Shown here: piece by piece, positions 9,963 through 19,144 of the stretch
Layout: the number at the start of each line of letters is the position of its first letter
Numbering within the stretch: the first letter of the stretch is position 1
Notes under the pieces: generated by a model
What the model saw: the letters and a program-made list of their open reading frames with translations, nothing else
Told to the model about the DNA's origin: nothing
Database searches by the model: none
Assembly: GCA_039815185.1 (NCBI GenBank)
Contig: JBCBZT010000074.1
Coordinates: 1 to 28,840, forward strand
Source: Cyanobacteria bacterium P01_A01_bin.123
GTDB taxonomy: Bacteria > Cyanobacteriota > Cyanobacteriia > Phormidesmidales > Phormidesmidaceae
Direction of reading: 5' to 3'
DNA: 28,840 nucleotides
Made by a program: the position numbers and the translations under genes

Positions 9963-10958
9963 ATGACTCGTACTGCGCTTATCACAGGCATCACTGGTCA
10001 AGACGGCTACTATCTCAGTCAACTACTGTTATCTAAGGAATATCGAGTGGTTGGGCTAGTACCGCCCAGCCGCCAGGGGAGCATTGCAAAACTCAATGAC
10101 TTAGCCAATCAGGTTGATATTTACTCAGTTGATTTGACCGATAGTCAAGCGCTCAAGGTCGCTGTTGAGCAACTCCAGCCCGACGAAATTTATAATCTCG
10201 CCGCACCCAGTTTTGTCCCAGATTCCTGGAAAGATCCTTTGGGGACTTTAGATTTGATTACGGGGACGGCAACACGTTTGCTGGACGCGATTCGAGAAGT
10301 CGGTTTAGAAACTCGGTTTTACCAGGCCAGCAGTTCTGAAATTTTTGGCCAGGTTCAAGAATCTCCCCAATCAGAGGAAACGCCGTTTCGACCCAAAAAT
10401 CCTTACGGGGCAGCCAAACTCCATGCTCATTGGACTATGGTTCACCACCGCGAGCGATATGGTTTATTTGCCTGTAGCGGTATTTTATACAACCATGAGT
10501 CGCCTCTGCGTCCCCCTCAATTTGTCACCCGTAAGGTAGCTTTAGCCGCGGCTTCGATTAAAGTGGGTCTGCGCGATCGCTTGATGATGGGCAACCTTGA
10601 GGCCAAGCGCGATTGGGGCTTTGCAGGTGACCATGTGGAAGCGATGTGGCGCATGCTCCAAGCCGATCAGGCTGAAGACTATGTAATTGGCACCGGTCAA
10701 CTCCATTCGGTGCAAGATTTGGTGACCGCTGCCTTTGCTAGTGTTGACTTAGATTGGCAAACCTATGTCGATCTTGATCCGAGTTTGCTGCGCGCCGATG
10801 AACATTTTCAACTCGTGGCTAATCCTAGCAAGGCGAATCAAAAACTGAACTGGATACCCCAAGTCAGTTTTGAGCAGTTGATTGAAAAGATGGTGCGTAC
10901 CGATTTAGAAAAACTGGAGGCAGGTGCAGCCATGCCCTCCTCTGCTCAACCCCGATAA
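9963..10958 (+). CDS. gmd: GDP-mannose 4,6-dehydratase
   Basis: ALITGITGQDGYYL, YNLAAPSFV, FYQASSSEIFG, PYGAAKL, NHESPLR, FVTRK and KRDWG motifs. Confidence 0.9.
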   Translation: MTRTALITGITGQDGYYLSQLLLSKEYRVVGLVPPSRQGSIAKLNDLANQVDIYSVDLTDSQALKVAVEQLQPDEIYNLAAPSFVPDSWKDPLGTLDLITGTATRLLDAIREVGLETRFYQASSSEIFGQVQESPQSEETPFRPKNPYGAAKLHAHWTMVHHRERYGLFACSGILYNHESPLRPPQFVTRKVALAAASIKVGLRDRLMMGNLEAKRDWGFAGDHVEAMWRMLQADQAEDYVIGTGQLHSVQDLVTAAFASVDLDWQTYVDLDPSLLRADEHFQLVANPSKANQKLNWIPQVSFEQLIEKMVRTDLEKLEAGAAMPSSAQPR

Positions 10959-10976
10959 CTCCACTGGTACAGACGA

Positions 10977-12134
10977 TTGGTTAAAGATACCTCAGGTTAT
11001 TGCTTTCTATTTCTGGAAATCTTTGAATGTGAGGGCGGTATTCAGTCCTACATTCGAGATGTGCTGGCAGCCTATCTCTCCCTTGATGACTTACCTGCCG
11101 CCGACGTACTGCTGTTGCGAGACGGCCCAACTTGTGAAAATCCTTTTCGCAGCAGTCCATTGCGATTCCATTACGCGAAGATGCGTTGGCCCAAGTTAGG
11201 CCGGATAAGACTAGTTATGTCCTTGGTCAAAACGCTGCTAGTCCGTCGTCCCCAGCGAGTATTGTGTGGGCACATTCGGTTAGCGCCGTTGGTGAGGTTA
11301 CTATGCCGCTATCTGGCTATTCCTTACACGGTGTTAACCTACGGTAAAGAAGTTTGGTATCCACTTGGGCCTGCTTATCGTCAAGCGTTGCAATCGGCTG
11401 ACGAGGTTTGGACGATTAGTCGCTATAGTCGGGATTTACTGTGTCAGGCGAACCAGATTAACCCCAGCCAGGTCAAACTTTTGCCTTGTGTAGTTGATGG
11501 AGCCGTCTTTACTCCTGGACAAAAGGCAGTGGATTGGGTCGAGCGTTATGGGTTGCAGGACTCAAAGGTACTGATGACCGTAGCACGGCTATGGTCGGGA
11601 GACATTTACAAAGGTGTCGATGTGACCATTCGTGCCTTGCCTGCAATCGCGCAGAAATTTCCCAATGTCAAATATTTGGTAGTGGGTCGGGGCAACGACC
11701 AACCCCGGTTAGCGCGGCTGGCAGAAACACTCAATGTGGCTGATCGGGTCGTATTTGCTGGATTTGTCCCCACAGAAGCACTAGTCGCCCACTATCGCTT
11801 AGCGGACGCCTACATCATGCCCTCACAAGAGGGCTTTGGCATTGTCTACCTAGAAGCGATGGCCTGCGGCGTCCCAGTGCTCTCTGGAGACGATGACGGT
11901 TCCGCGGATCCGCTGCAAGATGGCCGATTAGGTTGGCGGGTACCCCACCGAGACCCCGATGCGGTTGCAACTGCCTGTATTGAAATTTTGACTGGCAGCG
12001 ATCGCCGTTGTAACGGAACCTGGTTACGTCAAGAGAGTTTGGCCTATTTTAGCCAGGCGGCACTGGCGAAACGGCTTGGAGAGCTATTGCCTATGGAGCA
12101 ACCCAAGGCGCTTTCAATAACTGTTAATCCATAA
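10977..12134 (+). CDS. Glycosyltransferase family 4 (GT-B)
   Basis: EGGIQSY, TVARL..YKGVD and EGFGIVYLEAMACGVPV motifs; TTG start 18 nt after gmd. Confidence 0.9.
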   Translation: MVKDTSGYCFLFLEIFECEGGIQSYIRDVLAAYLSLDDLPAADVLLLRDGPTCENPFRSSPLRFHYAKMRWPKLGRIRLVMSLVKTLLVRRPQRVLCGHIRLAPLVRLLCRYLAIPYTVLTYGKEVWYPLGPAYRQALQSADEVWTISRYSRDLLCQANQINPSQVKLLPCVVDGAVFTPGQKAVDWVERYGLQDSKVLMTVARLWSGDIYKGVDVTIRALPAIAQKFPNVKYLVVGRGNDQPRLARLAETLNVADRVVFAGFVPTEALVAHYRLADAYIMPSQEGFGIVYLEAMACGVPVLSGDDDGSADPLQDGRLGWRVPHRDPDAVATACIEILTGSDRRCNGTWLRQESLAYFSQAALAKRLGELLPMEQPKALSITVNP

Positions 12135-12242
12135 TTCTTAACTATCACAGTCCGTTATAGTTCGCGGCGAACGCTAGGGTTCTTGCTTTATGCTGGAAGA
12201 ACTGTGTTTTAACACACAGACCCCCCTTAGCGTGCGGAGGCT

Positions 12243-12662
12243 GTGGTGAATTCAAACGGCTTTAAACAAATTCAGTTGAACTGGTCGGGTGTTGGGTGTT
12301 GGCTAAGCGCGATCGCGGTCGTGTGGCTGCTTGGTGCCCTCGGACTAGGATGGATTGTCAAATCAGTTGTGGTTCTGATCTTTCTACTGCTATTGGCTCC
12401 GATAGTAGCCTTCATTGGGTTTCGGTGGTGGCTCCAACGCAATCTAGTAGAAGGGGACTGCCCAGTTTGCGGATTTCATATGACAGGGTTACGCGGCGCT
12501 CAAACCCCGTGCTTAAATTGCAGCACCCTACTTAAGGTTGAACAGGGGCAGTTTAAACGGGCTACGCCAGACGGCACCATTGATGTTGATGCGGTTGAAG
12601 TCGAAGTGGTAGCCGAAACCATCGAACAACTTCCACCACAACAAACATCTGATGGTCAATAA
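12243..12662 (+). CDS. Hypothetical membrane protein with CxxC..CxxC zinc ribbon
   Basis: Two hydrophobic helices, CPVC...CLNC, C-terminal DGTIDVDAVEV; GGAGG RBS before the GTG start. Confidence 0.82.
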   Translation: MVNSNGFKQIQLNWSGVGCWLSAIAVVWLLGALGLGWIVKSVVVLIFLLLLAPIVAFIGFRWWLQRNLVEGDCPVCGFHMTGLRGAQTPCLNCSTLLKVEQGQFKRATPDGTIDVDAVEVEVVAETIEQLPPQQTSDGQ

Positions 12663-12669
12663 CGTAACC

Positions 12670-13161
12670 CTATTGTTGAATAAAGCTGCGGAGCTGATCT
12701 GTGACGAGATCAATTAGGCTACCGTCCTGTTGCTCAAGGGCAGCTTTGGCTTCAACTTCAATGCGCGTGACCGCATCAGCTGGCAACCCTAACAACCCAA
12801 CAAGGCGTTGATATGCAGCGGCTTCGTCGTCGTTGATCACGGCCTCCTCTGGCGTGCGGGCACTGGAACCAATGACCTCATATCCTAAGCGCAACACCAG
12901 TTCTTTTTCGACTGGAGTCTTGAGCTTAGGGGTTAGTTCATCTAGTGGAATGTTTTGAACTAAATACGCCTGTAATTCTTCTCGAAGCTGATGTTGACGT
13001 TCTGCAGTTGCCGCAAACAGGCTGCTAAATCGATCGAGCATCAGCTGGAGTTCTTCCTCAGCTAAATTTCCATCAGACCAAGCCATAGAAGCAACGATCC
13101 GCATCAGGTTGAGCTGACGCGGTGAAATAGATGGCGGTGACGAGGAGGAGGGTAAAACCAT
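12670..13161 (-). CDS. TerB (tellurite-resistance-like) family protein
   Basis: MAWSDGNLAEEE and INDDEAAAYQRLVGLLGL TerB-type motifs. Start moved from 13218 to ATG 13161, which has a GAGGA RBS. Confidence 0.8.
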   Translation of the reverse strand: MVLPSSSSPPSISPRQLNLMRIVASMAWSDGNLAEEELQLMLDRFSSLFAATAERQHQLREELQAYLVQNIPLDELTPKLKTPVEKELVLRLGYEVIGSSARTPEEAVINDDEAAAYQRLVGLLGLPADAVTRIEVEAKAALEQQDGSLIDLVTDQLRSFIQQ

Positions 13162-13380
13162 AGCGATATCCTCAATGCAACACAGCCCCCATGGTGCTAA
13201 AGAGGCTGACTTGATCAAACGCTATCACAAGCACTCGAAACTTTCTCAGGATGCTTTATTTGTCTACAGATTAATGACACTGCAAATTACGACACGTTAA
13301 TCTTTGTCGGTAGCCATAAAGTTTGATGGCAATTTGTAAGACGATCACCACCAACTTTGAATCTTTCTCAATCCGGATTT

Positions 13381-14064
13381 CTATAACCGACCTGCGAGAT
13401 GAGCCAATTGCTTAATATTAAGCAGATTGATGACATTTTTCGCAGTATCAACTTTGAGCCATTCTTTCTCAGCTAGCTTGTCCATAATTTTGGTAGCTTC
13501 GTCCTCGTTGATATCAGTCATATCAGCTAAGTCTTTCATCGGCAAATTAAAGATCTCCGTGCCCTGATCTGCTGGAATCCCATACGCTTCATTGATAGAC
13601 GATAGAGTATAAGCCAATTTTACGGCTGGGGGCTGGTTACGCAGCTGAAACCGAAAGTTAGTTTGGCGCAATCGTTGCACCATCAGTTGCAGCATCCGAT
13701 GGTGCAACTGAGAGTCTTTGAAAAGAGTTTGAATAAACCGCTGTGCTGAAATGCTCAACAGGTTAACAGAGGATAAGGCTACTACATCCGTTGAACGAGG
13801 GGATTCGTCTAAAATGGCCATCTCACCAAAAAAGTCTCCCTTCCCCAATACCGCTAGGGTGACAAAATCGTCCCCGACATGGCGACGAACTTTCACCCAA
13901 CCCGATTCGACAAAATAAACCGCATTGCCCCAAGCATCCTCCATCAGGACGGCCCGCCCGGCAGGGTACTCGTGCCCGGTTGAGACTGAAAGCAGCCACT
14001 CAACCGTTTCAGGGTTAGCGGCATTGAAGAGGGTAAAAAGCTCACTGAACGCTTCAGGCTGCAT
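13381..14064 (-). CDS. Crp/Fnr family transcriptional regulator
   Basis: cNMP domain VYFVESGWVKV..GDFFGEMAILDESPRSTDVVA with a C-terminal HTH. Probable start MQPEAF at 14064. Confidence 0.9.
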   Translation of the reverse strand: MQPEAFSELFTLFNAANPETVEWLLSVSTGHEYPAGRAVLMEDAWGNAVYFVESGWVKVRRHVGDDFVTLAVLGKGDFFGEMAILDESPRSTDVVALSSVNLLSISAQRFIQTLFKDSQLHHRMLQLMVQRLRQTNFRFQLRNQPPAVKLAYTLSSINEAYGIPADQGTEIFNLPMKDLADMTDINEDEATKIMDKLAEKEWLKVDTAKNVINLLNIKQLAHLAGRL

Positions 14065-14201
14065 GGAAAAAATGTTAAATAGTGGGTTTAAGCAATGAAC
14101 TAGCCCCATGGTACCCATAAATGCTGGGAAAGGGATTGATCTTTTTAGAGACCCAGCTGACTCGCCCAAAAAATCTCAAGCTCAACGCGCCTTAATAGCC
14201 A

Positions 14202-15092
14202 TTAGCCCGTTGGCTTGGTGTCATATTCGGTACCTGCTTTCAGCCCGACAGCAGCAACTGCTTGCCTGATCTGAGGCAGCATGGCTTCAACATAGGCAGG
14301 CCAGCCTATCACAATCGACTGGTAGTGGACAAGCGTTTTTACGGCAACGGCGTCTGGGCCAAACCGGAGGGGATTGCCCTCCAAGTCACAGCAAGTGAGC
14401 CCTGCAGCCAAAGCGAGGGCCAAGGGGCCCGCAGTATCCCATAACTTAACTCGGCCGTTGCAATACAGGTACAACCCTGCGCGGCCTTGAATAACCTCTA
14501 AAACTTTGAGCCCAAAACTTCCTAAGGAGTAAAACTGGATTGAGGGTAAATGGTCTGCGATCGCAGAGCCAAAGCGCTTTTGATCGCGATCACCAATAAT
14601 AATCCGAGCTGCACCCTCTGAGGCCGCGCAGGGCACTTGAGGATGAAGCGACACAGCCTGATTATCATGACTTTGAAACAGCCCGTGGCTCGGACCACCC
14701 CAATAAAGTTGGCGAAAAGCAGGCGCATAAATCCACCCCGCGACAGGTCGGTAGCCTTGAAGCAACCCAACCATGACCGAATAATAAGGCCGATGACGAA
14801 TATAGTCTTCCGTCCCATCAATCGGATCGATCAGCCATAATCGCTTGTAATTTGACTGAAACGCCTGAAACGAGCTGATATTTTCTTCTGAGACAACCCC
14901 ATCCTGTGGAAAGTGATGCCGCAAGGCCTTGGATAAGTCAGCGTCAAGTTGTCGATCGATATTAGTCACATAATCGTCAACCCCTTTTTCAAACACCTCA
15001 AACGATTGTTTCGACGCCTCAAACGCTTGATCGCCCGCACTCACAATCAAATCATGCAGCACCCTAAGATGCTCTGCGGATAAAAAATCCAT
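14202..15092 (-). CDS. Inositol monophosphatase / CysQ-like phosphatase
   Basis: DYVTNID, SEE, WLIDPIDGT and KLWDTAG motifs. Probable start MDFLSAE at 15092. Confidence 0.88.
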   Translation of the reverse strand: MDFLSAEHLRVLHDLIVSAGDQAFEASKQSFEVFEKGVDDYVTNIDRQLDADLSKALRHHFPQDGVVSEENISSFQAFQSNYKRLWLIDPIDGTEDYIRHRPYYSVMVGLLQGYRPVAGWIYAPAFRQLYWGGPSHGLFQSHDNQAVSLHPQVPCAASEGAARIIIGDRDQKRFGSAIADHLPSIQFYSLGSFGLKVLEVIQGRAGLYLYCNGRVKLWDTAGPLALALAAGLTCCDLEGNPLRFGPDAVAVKTLVHYQSIVIGWPAYVEAMLPQIRQAVAAVGLKAGTEYDTKPTG

Positions 15093-15295
15093 AGTAGACC
15101 TGCAAAATCTCAAACTACGCTGCCGCTGCCATTTGCAAGTCTAAACCGTTTCCATACTCAGAACTGGCGTTTTGGTGATGGAAAAACGCCACATCCGAGC
15201 TGAACTTGGCTTGAATCAAGTTTTTGATAGAGAATTCGAGACTCGATAGTGGATTCAGCCAGTTTGTTTGAATTCAAACCAGCCTATCAACCGAC

Positions 15296-15328
15296 AAAAA
15301 GTGGGTTAACCCTGAGGGCCAACCCACT
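15296..15328 (-). terminator. Intrinsic terminator of the Ycf46 operon
   Basis: Minus strand AGTGGGTTGGCCCT-CA-GGGTTAACCCAC-TTTTT, about 40 nt after the DUF1257 stop. Confidence 0.8.
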
Positions 15329-15368
15329 ACAAATATTGAGAACGCGTAATCTGAAAAACGCGTCTGAG

Positions 15369-15719
15369 TTACTGAAGAACCAGCTTGACGTTAGCGTTCT
15401 GCAAACCAGGGCGCTTAACTTCAGCTAGAGTCTTATTCACAGCGTACTTCTGATTAATCGAGTTAATCAGCTCGGTCTGGTTGTGCTTTTTAGCAACACC
15501 CCAGAGATCGGCAATCAGATCAAAGGAGCCGTCAGCATTGCGAGACCAACCCAAATCATATTCGCCTTCGAGTACGGCAACAATGTCAGACCGAACACGC
15601 TGTCCGTTGTAGCCCCGGACATCAGCTTCAGTCTTAACATTGATACCTAGGTCGCGCAAAGAAGATTGCAGAACAACAGCATCAGTGATCTTGGTACGCA
15701 GTGTACTAAAGTGAGACAT
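15369..15719 (-). CDS. DUF1257 (Ycf35-like) protein
   Basis: MSHFSTLRTKITD..VRGYNGQ..YDLGW..FDLIADLW..INQKYA; AGGAGG RBS; lies downstream of the Ycf46 ATPase. Confidence 0.9.
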   Translation of the reverse strand: MSHFSTLRTKITDAVVLQSSLRDLGINVKTEADVRGYNGQRVRSDIVAVLEGEYDLGWSRNADGSFDLIADLWGVAKKHNQTELINSINQKYAVNKTLAEVKRPGLQNANVKLVLQ

Positions 15720-15854
15720 TCTAGTTTCCTCCTGTCAGGAAATTGAGAGACAACGAGTTTCGAGAGTTAACCAATCACAAGTTATTCAGTTGTGGTTCGA
15801 ACTGCTAGCCTAAGCTAGCCCTTCCTCCTGTTGGGAGCAGGAGAGAAAGCCTGT

Positions 15855-17393
15855 TTAAGATTCCATGCGCTGGTATTCAGCCATGGAAGAAGCGGCTGGG
15901 CGAGCCCGCTGCCTAGCCCAGTCTCGAAGCGCAGTCACCTGCTCGTTCATCGTCTTCGAGAGCGGTAGGGTTGCCCGAATCGCAGCAATAATATCGAGTT
16001 GAGTAAATTCGCGACCTTGGGCAAACGCCTCATACATCGCCGAAATTAAGCCCTGCTCAATTTCAGCTCCTGAAAATCCTTCGCAGACTTTTGTCAATTG
16101 CTCTAAATCGAAGCGAGAGATATCCCGACGGCGCTTATTCAAGTGGATCTTGAAGATGTCTTTGCGCTCTTCTGCATTAGGCAAATCGACAAAAAAGATT
16201 TCATCGAAACGACCTTTCCGTAAAAATTCACCGGGCAAACGCTCAACCCGGTTTGCCGTGGCCATCACGAAAACGGGAGACGTTTTTTCCTGCATCCAGG
16301 TCAGAAATGAGCCAAAAATCCGGCTTGACGTTCCACCATCAGAATCAGCAGAACCCGCTCCCCCGGCAAAAGCCTTATCAATTTCGTCGATAAATAGGAT
16401 GGCGGGTGAGATCGACTCAGCAGTCTTTAGCGCATTTCTGAGGTTAGCTTCAGAACGCCCTACAGTAGACCCGTCATAAACCCGGCCCATATCTAGCCTC
16501 AGCAATGGCAATCCCCACAGCCGAGATGTTGTTTTGGCAATCAGAGACTTGCCACAACCAGGCACACCTAAGATTAACATCCCTTTAGGTTGAGGTAGGC
16601 CATATTCTCGAGCCCGCTCTGTAAAGGCGTTAGAACGCTGGCGAAGCCAGTGTTTTAACTCTTCAAGTCCACCCACGGAATCAATCGTCTCATCCTCTTC
16701 GATATACTCCAAGATACCGTTGCGCCGAATGAGTTGCTGCTTTTCAGAAAGGACAATATCCACCTCTGATTCAGTGAGCTGACCAGTGATGACTCGAGCT
16801 TTACGATAGACCTTTTCAGATTCGTCCCGAGTTAGGCCGAGCGCCGCCTTCAAGAGCTTTTCTCTAACCTCAGTGGAAATACTGCTGGCTTTCCCACGGT
16901 TGAGTTCTTGGGTTAGCACCTGATTCAACTCTGACATGGTTGGCAAAGGATAGTCGAGCACGACAATCTCTTTTTCCAACTCAATGGGGATCTCTTGAAT
17001 CGGAGACATCAGGATTATGGTCTTCTGAGTGTTTCTGAAATGAGAGATGGCATCTCTCAAACATCTCGTCACCGCTGGAGAATCCCGAAAAGGGTGTAAA
17101 TCCTTAAAGACATAAATCCCTGGTTCCCGACCCGATTCTTGCTTCGGCTCTCGATGCCGCATGACCCACTCCACCGCAGCTTCCGGAGAAACCGTATTGT
17201 TATGCTGGGTGACATTCCTAGGCTGACCATACTCGACCATGCCATGGGTCATCGTCCAAGTGAAGACACGCCGCTGTGGCCTGTGCTGCCGAGCAATCTC
17301 AGCGATGGCTTGCTCAGCACGCTCCTCCTCAAACGTGACGAGGTAGATCAGCGGATACTGGGCTTTTATTAGAACATCAAGTTCTTCTTTCAT
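15855..17393 (-). CDS. ycf46: Ycf46-type AAA+ ATPase (Slr0374-like)
   Basis: Degenerate first AAA module (YVFKDLH), VGGLEELKHWL, Walker A GVPGCGKS, Walker B ILFIDEIDK, SRH ATAN..LPGEFLRKGRFDEIFFVDLP. Start MKEEL at 17393. Confidence 0.88.
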   Translation of the reverse strand: MKEELDVLIKAQYPLIYLVTFEEERAEQAIAEIARQHRPQRRVFTWTMTHGMVEYGQPRNVTQHNNTVSPEAAVEWVMRHREPKQESGREPGIYVFKDLHPFRDSPAVTRCLRDAISHFRNTQKTIILMSPIQEIPIELEKEIVVLDYPLPTMSELNQVLTQELNRGKASSISTEVREKLLKAALGLTRDESEKVYRKARVITGQLTESEVDIVLSEKQQLIRRNGILEYIEEDETIDSVGGLEELKHWLRQRSNAFTERAREYGLPQPKGMLILGVPGCGKSLIAKTTSRLWGLPLLRLDMGRVYDGSTVGRSEANLRNALKTAESISPAILFIDEIDKAFAGGAGSADSDGGTSSRIFGSFLTWMQEKTSPVFVMATANRVERLPGEFLRKGRFDEIFFVDLPNAEERKDIFKIHLNKRRRDISRFDLEQLTKVCEGFSGAEIEQGLISAMYEAFAQGREFTQLDIIAAIRATLPLSKTMNEQVTALRDWARQRARPAASSMAEYQRMES

Positions 17394-17596
17394 AACCATC
17401 GCCCCTAAAAGCCAACAACACTTGGCAGTAGCCTAACGAAAAGTCTTCAGCAAATCTGATACTTAGACTTCAATTTGCTAGCCCCTTAACGCTTATTTAA
17501 GACAAGCGTTTCAACAATAAAATGCCAACAACTGATCCAAAATGCTAAACCGCAAAGCAAATTAAAGCCCGGTGAAGCTTAATAAAGCATTTAGTA

Positions 17597-17974
17597 TCAA
17601 CAGGTTACTAACTCGCTTTGTTCAGCTCCGTCTTCTTCTTCTTCAGAACGCCGAGCCGTTTGCACTAACTCTTGCACAGCACCAGCCTTAAAGGCATCTG
17701 CACTTTCAATACTCTCAATCGGAGATTGCTCTGCCAGCGTCGTCAAATCACCCCCACTGAGAACGACAGGCGTTGTGCAAGCAGGGCAACTGTAGACCTG
17801 ATGCGTATGACCATAACGCTCAGTAGATTCCACTAAATCTGCATGCTCCAAATAAAACCCGATGGCACGCTCAGCAATAGCAGACATCGCTTCTCCGTCT
17901 AGGGCAGACTGAACCCTAAGCTTGCGATGCAGGTCTGGTGGCAGGTACAACGTGACCTTTTGCTTATCTGACAT
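17597..17974 (-). CDS. Ribbon-helix-helix-like protein with CxxC (Slr0373-like), first gene of the Ycf46 operon
   Basis: KQKVTLYLPPDLHRKLRVQSALDGEAMSAIAERAIGFYL has an RHH pattern; HQVYSCPAC; acidic tail. Confidence 0.8.
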   Translation of the reverse strand: MSDKQKVTLYLPPDLHRKLRVQSALDGEAMSAIAERAIGFYLEHADLVESTERYGHTHQVYSCPACTTPVVLSGGDLTTLAEQSPIESIESADAFKAGAVQELVQTARRSEEEEDGAEQSELVTC

Positions 17975-18010
17975 ATCACTCTCTAATAGGTTTGCCCGGG
18001 TATGGATGTC

Positions 18011-18064
18011 ACCATAGCGATTCTTTTAGGATGCTGTCAAGCCATCAAGCTGTCATGACGTCAT
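18011..18064 (-). promoter_or_regulatory. Sigma70-type promoter of the Ycf46 operon, overlapped by tandem 8-bp repeats
   Basis: Minus strand TTGACA (18035-18040), 18-nt spacer, TATGGT (18011-18016). Plus-strand repeats GCTGTCAA GCCATCAA GCTGTCAT GACGTCAT at 18033-18064. Confidence 0.65.
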
Positions 18065-18499
18065 TCTCTTAACATTAGTCAACAATTGGGTATGCATCGG
18101 CTGCTTTGGGTAACGTAATAGCTCTACCTTGGTATAAAGAAGATTGAGCTTGCAGCGGGGATGATTAAGTTATGCGAAAAGATTGTCGTTACCAAGTGTG
18201 AAGATGATTATGCTCTAGGAAGCTTTGATTAAAAGAACATTAATAGGTATGTCGCTTTTGTCGAGCAACATTGATGTCTGCGCCTTGAAGTTCTACCGAT
18301 TAAATCAGGCTTAATGTCCTCTTAAGGATACAGGGGGTGTACTTGTGCCAAACAGCGGGAATACTAGCTACGACTGCTAGCACAAGACTCTCTTGAACAT
18401 GGACGTTTGTTTGGGGATCTACCGGTTTTCGAATTGAAAATCATTGTCTTGCTAAGTCAACTTCGCTTACCTGCAGTTGTGCAGGGATTTTTGTAGTCG

Positions 18500-19033
18500 A
18501 TGCCTCAGCCCCCTCTTTCACCCATGCAGTTTGTCTCCAATTTGCTTACTATCTCTGAATCATTACAACGCCAAAATGTTTCTCTGAATCATGATCCGCT
18601 TTGCCAGTCATTGCTGCAGCAAATGATGATTCGCCAATATGAAACTGTGGTGTCTGCTGCCACCCAGCTCTTAGTCAATTTTCCCGACTCGTACGGTATT
18701 TGGTATTTACGGGGAGATGCGCTGGCGAATTTGGGGCATTATGGGGAGGCAATTGATAGTTTTGCTCAAACACTGCGTTACTGCCCCGAAGCTAAGGAAG
18801 CTCTAGTTTTTCAAGCCGTTTGTTGGATTCATCAAGAACGCCCTGAGGCTGCCTTGAATTGTTGCGATCGCGCCTTGGAAATCGCCTCTGATTACGAGCA
18901 AGGTTGGCTGTTTCGTGGGGTTGCTTTGCATCGTTTAGGACGCTATCGTGACGCTTATGCCAGTTATAGTCATGCGCTGCATGATGAACGCTTGACCTGG
19001 CAACAGCGGCTAAGGCAGTGGTTCAGGTTTTAG
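18500..19033 (+). CDS. Tetratricopeptide repeat protein
   Basis: About three TPRs: WYLRGDALANLGHYGEAIDSF, LVFQAVCWIHQERPEAALNCCDRAL, WLFRGVALHRLGRYRDAYASY. Confidence 0.88.
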   Translation: MPQPPLSPMQFVSNLLTISESLQRQNVSLNHDPLCQSLLQQMMIRQYETVVSAATQLLVNFPDSYGIWYLRGDALANLGHYGEAIDSFAQTLRYCPEAKEALVFQAVCWIHQERPEAALNCCDRALEIASDYEQGWLFRGVALHRLGRYRDAYASYSHALHDERLTWQQRLRQWFRF

Positions 19034-19144
19034 TGCTTGGGAATTTAAACCTTCTCCACATCCAGCTCTCTAGCCCTCCTGGGCTAAAAGCTCAAGAGTT
19101 TTTAGCTTAGGCAAAAACTTAAGATTGCAGATCGGATGTGGGCT

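Noticed and set aside
12670..13161. TerB as part of a tellurite-resistance or defence island
   Set aside because: A solitary gene among core genes, with no other ter genes in the window.
18115..18127. GTA..TAC as an NtcA site
   Set aside because: The spacer is 7 nt rather than the required 8.
18342..18386. CTTGTGC/GCACAAG stem as a riboswitch or ncRNA upstream of the TPR gene
   Set aside because: Only a 7-bp stem, with no recognisable aptamer consensus.
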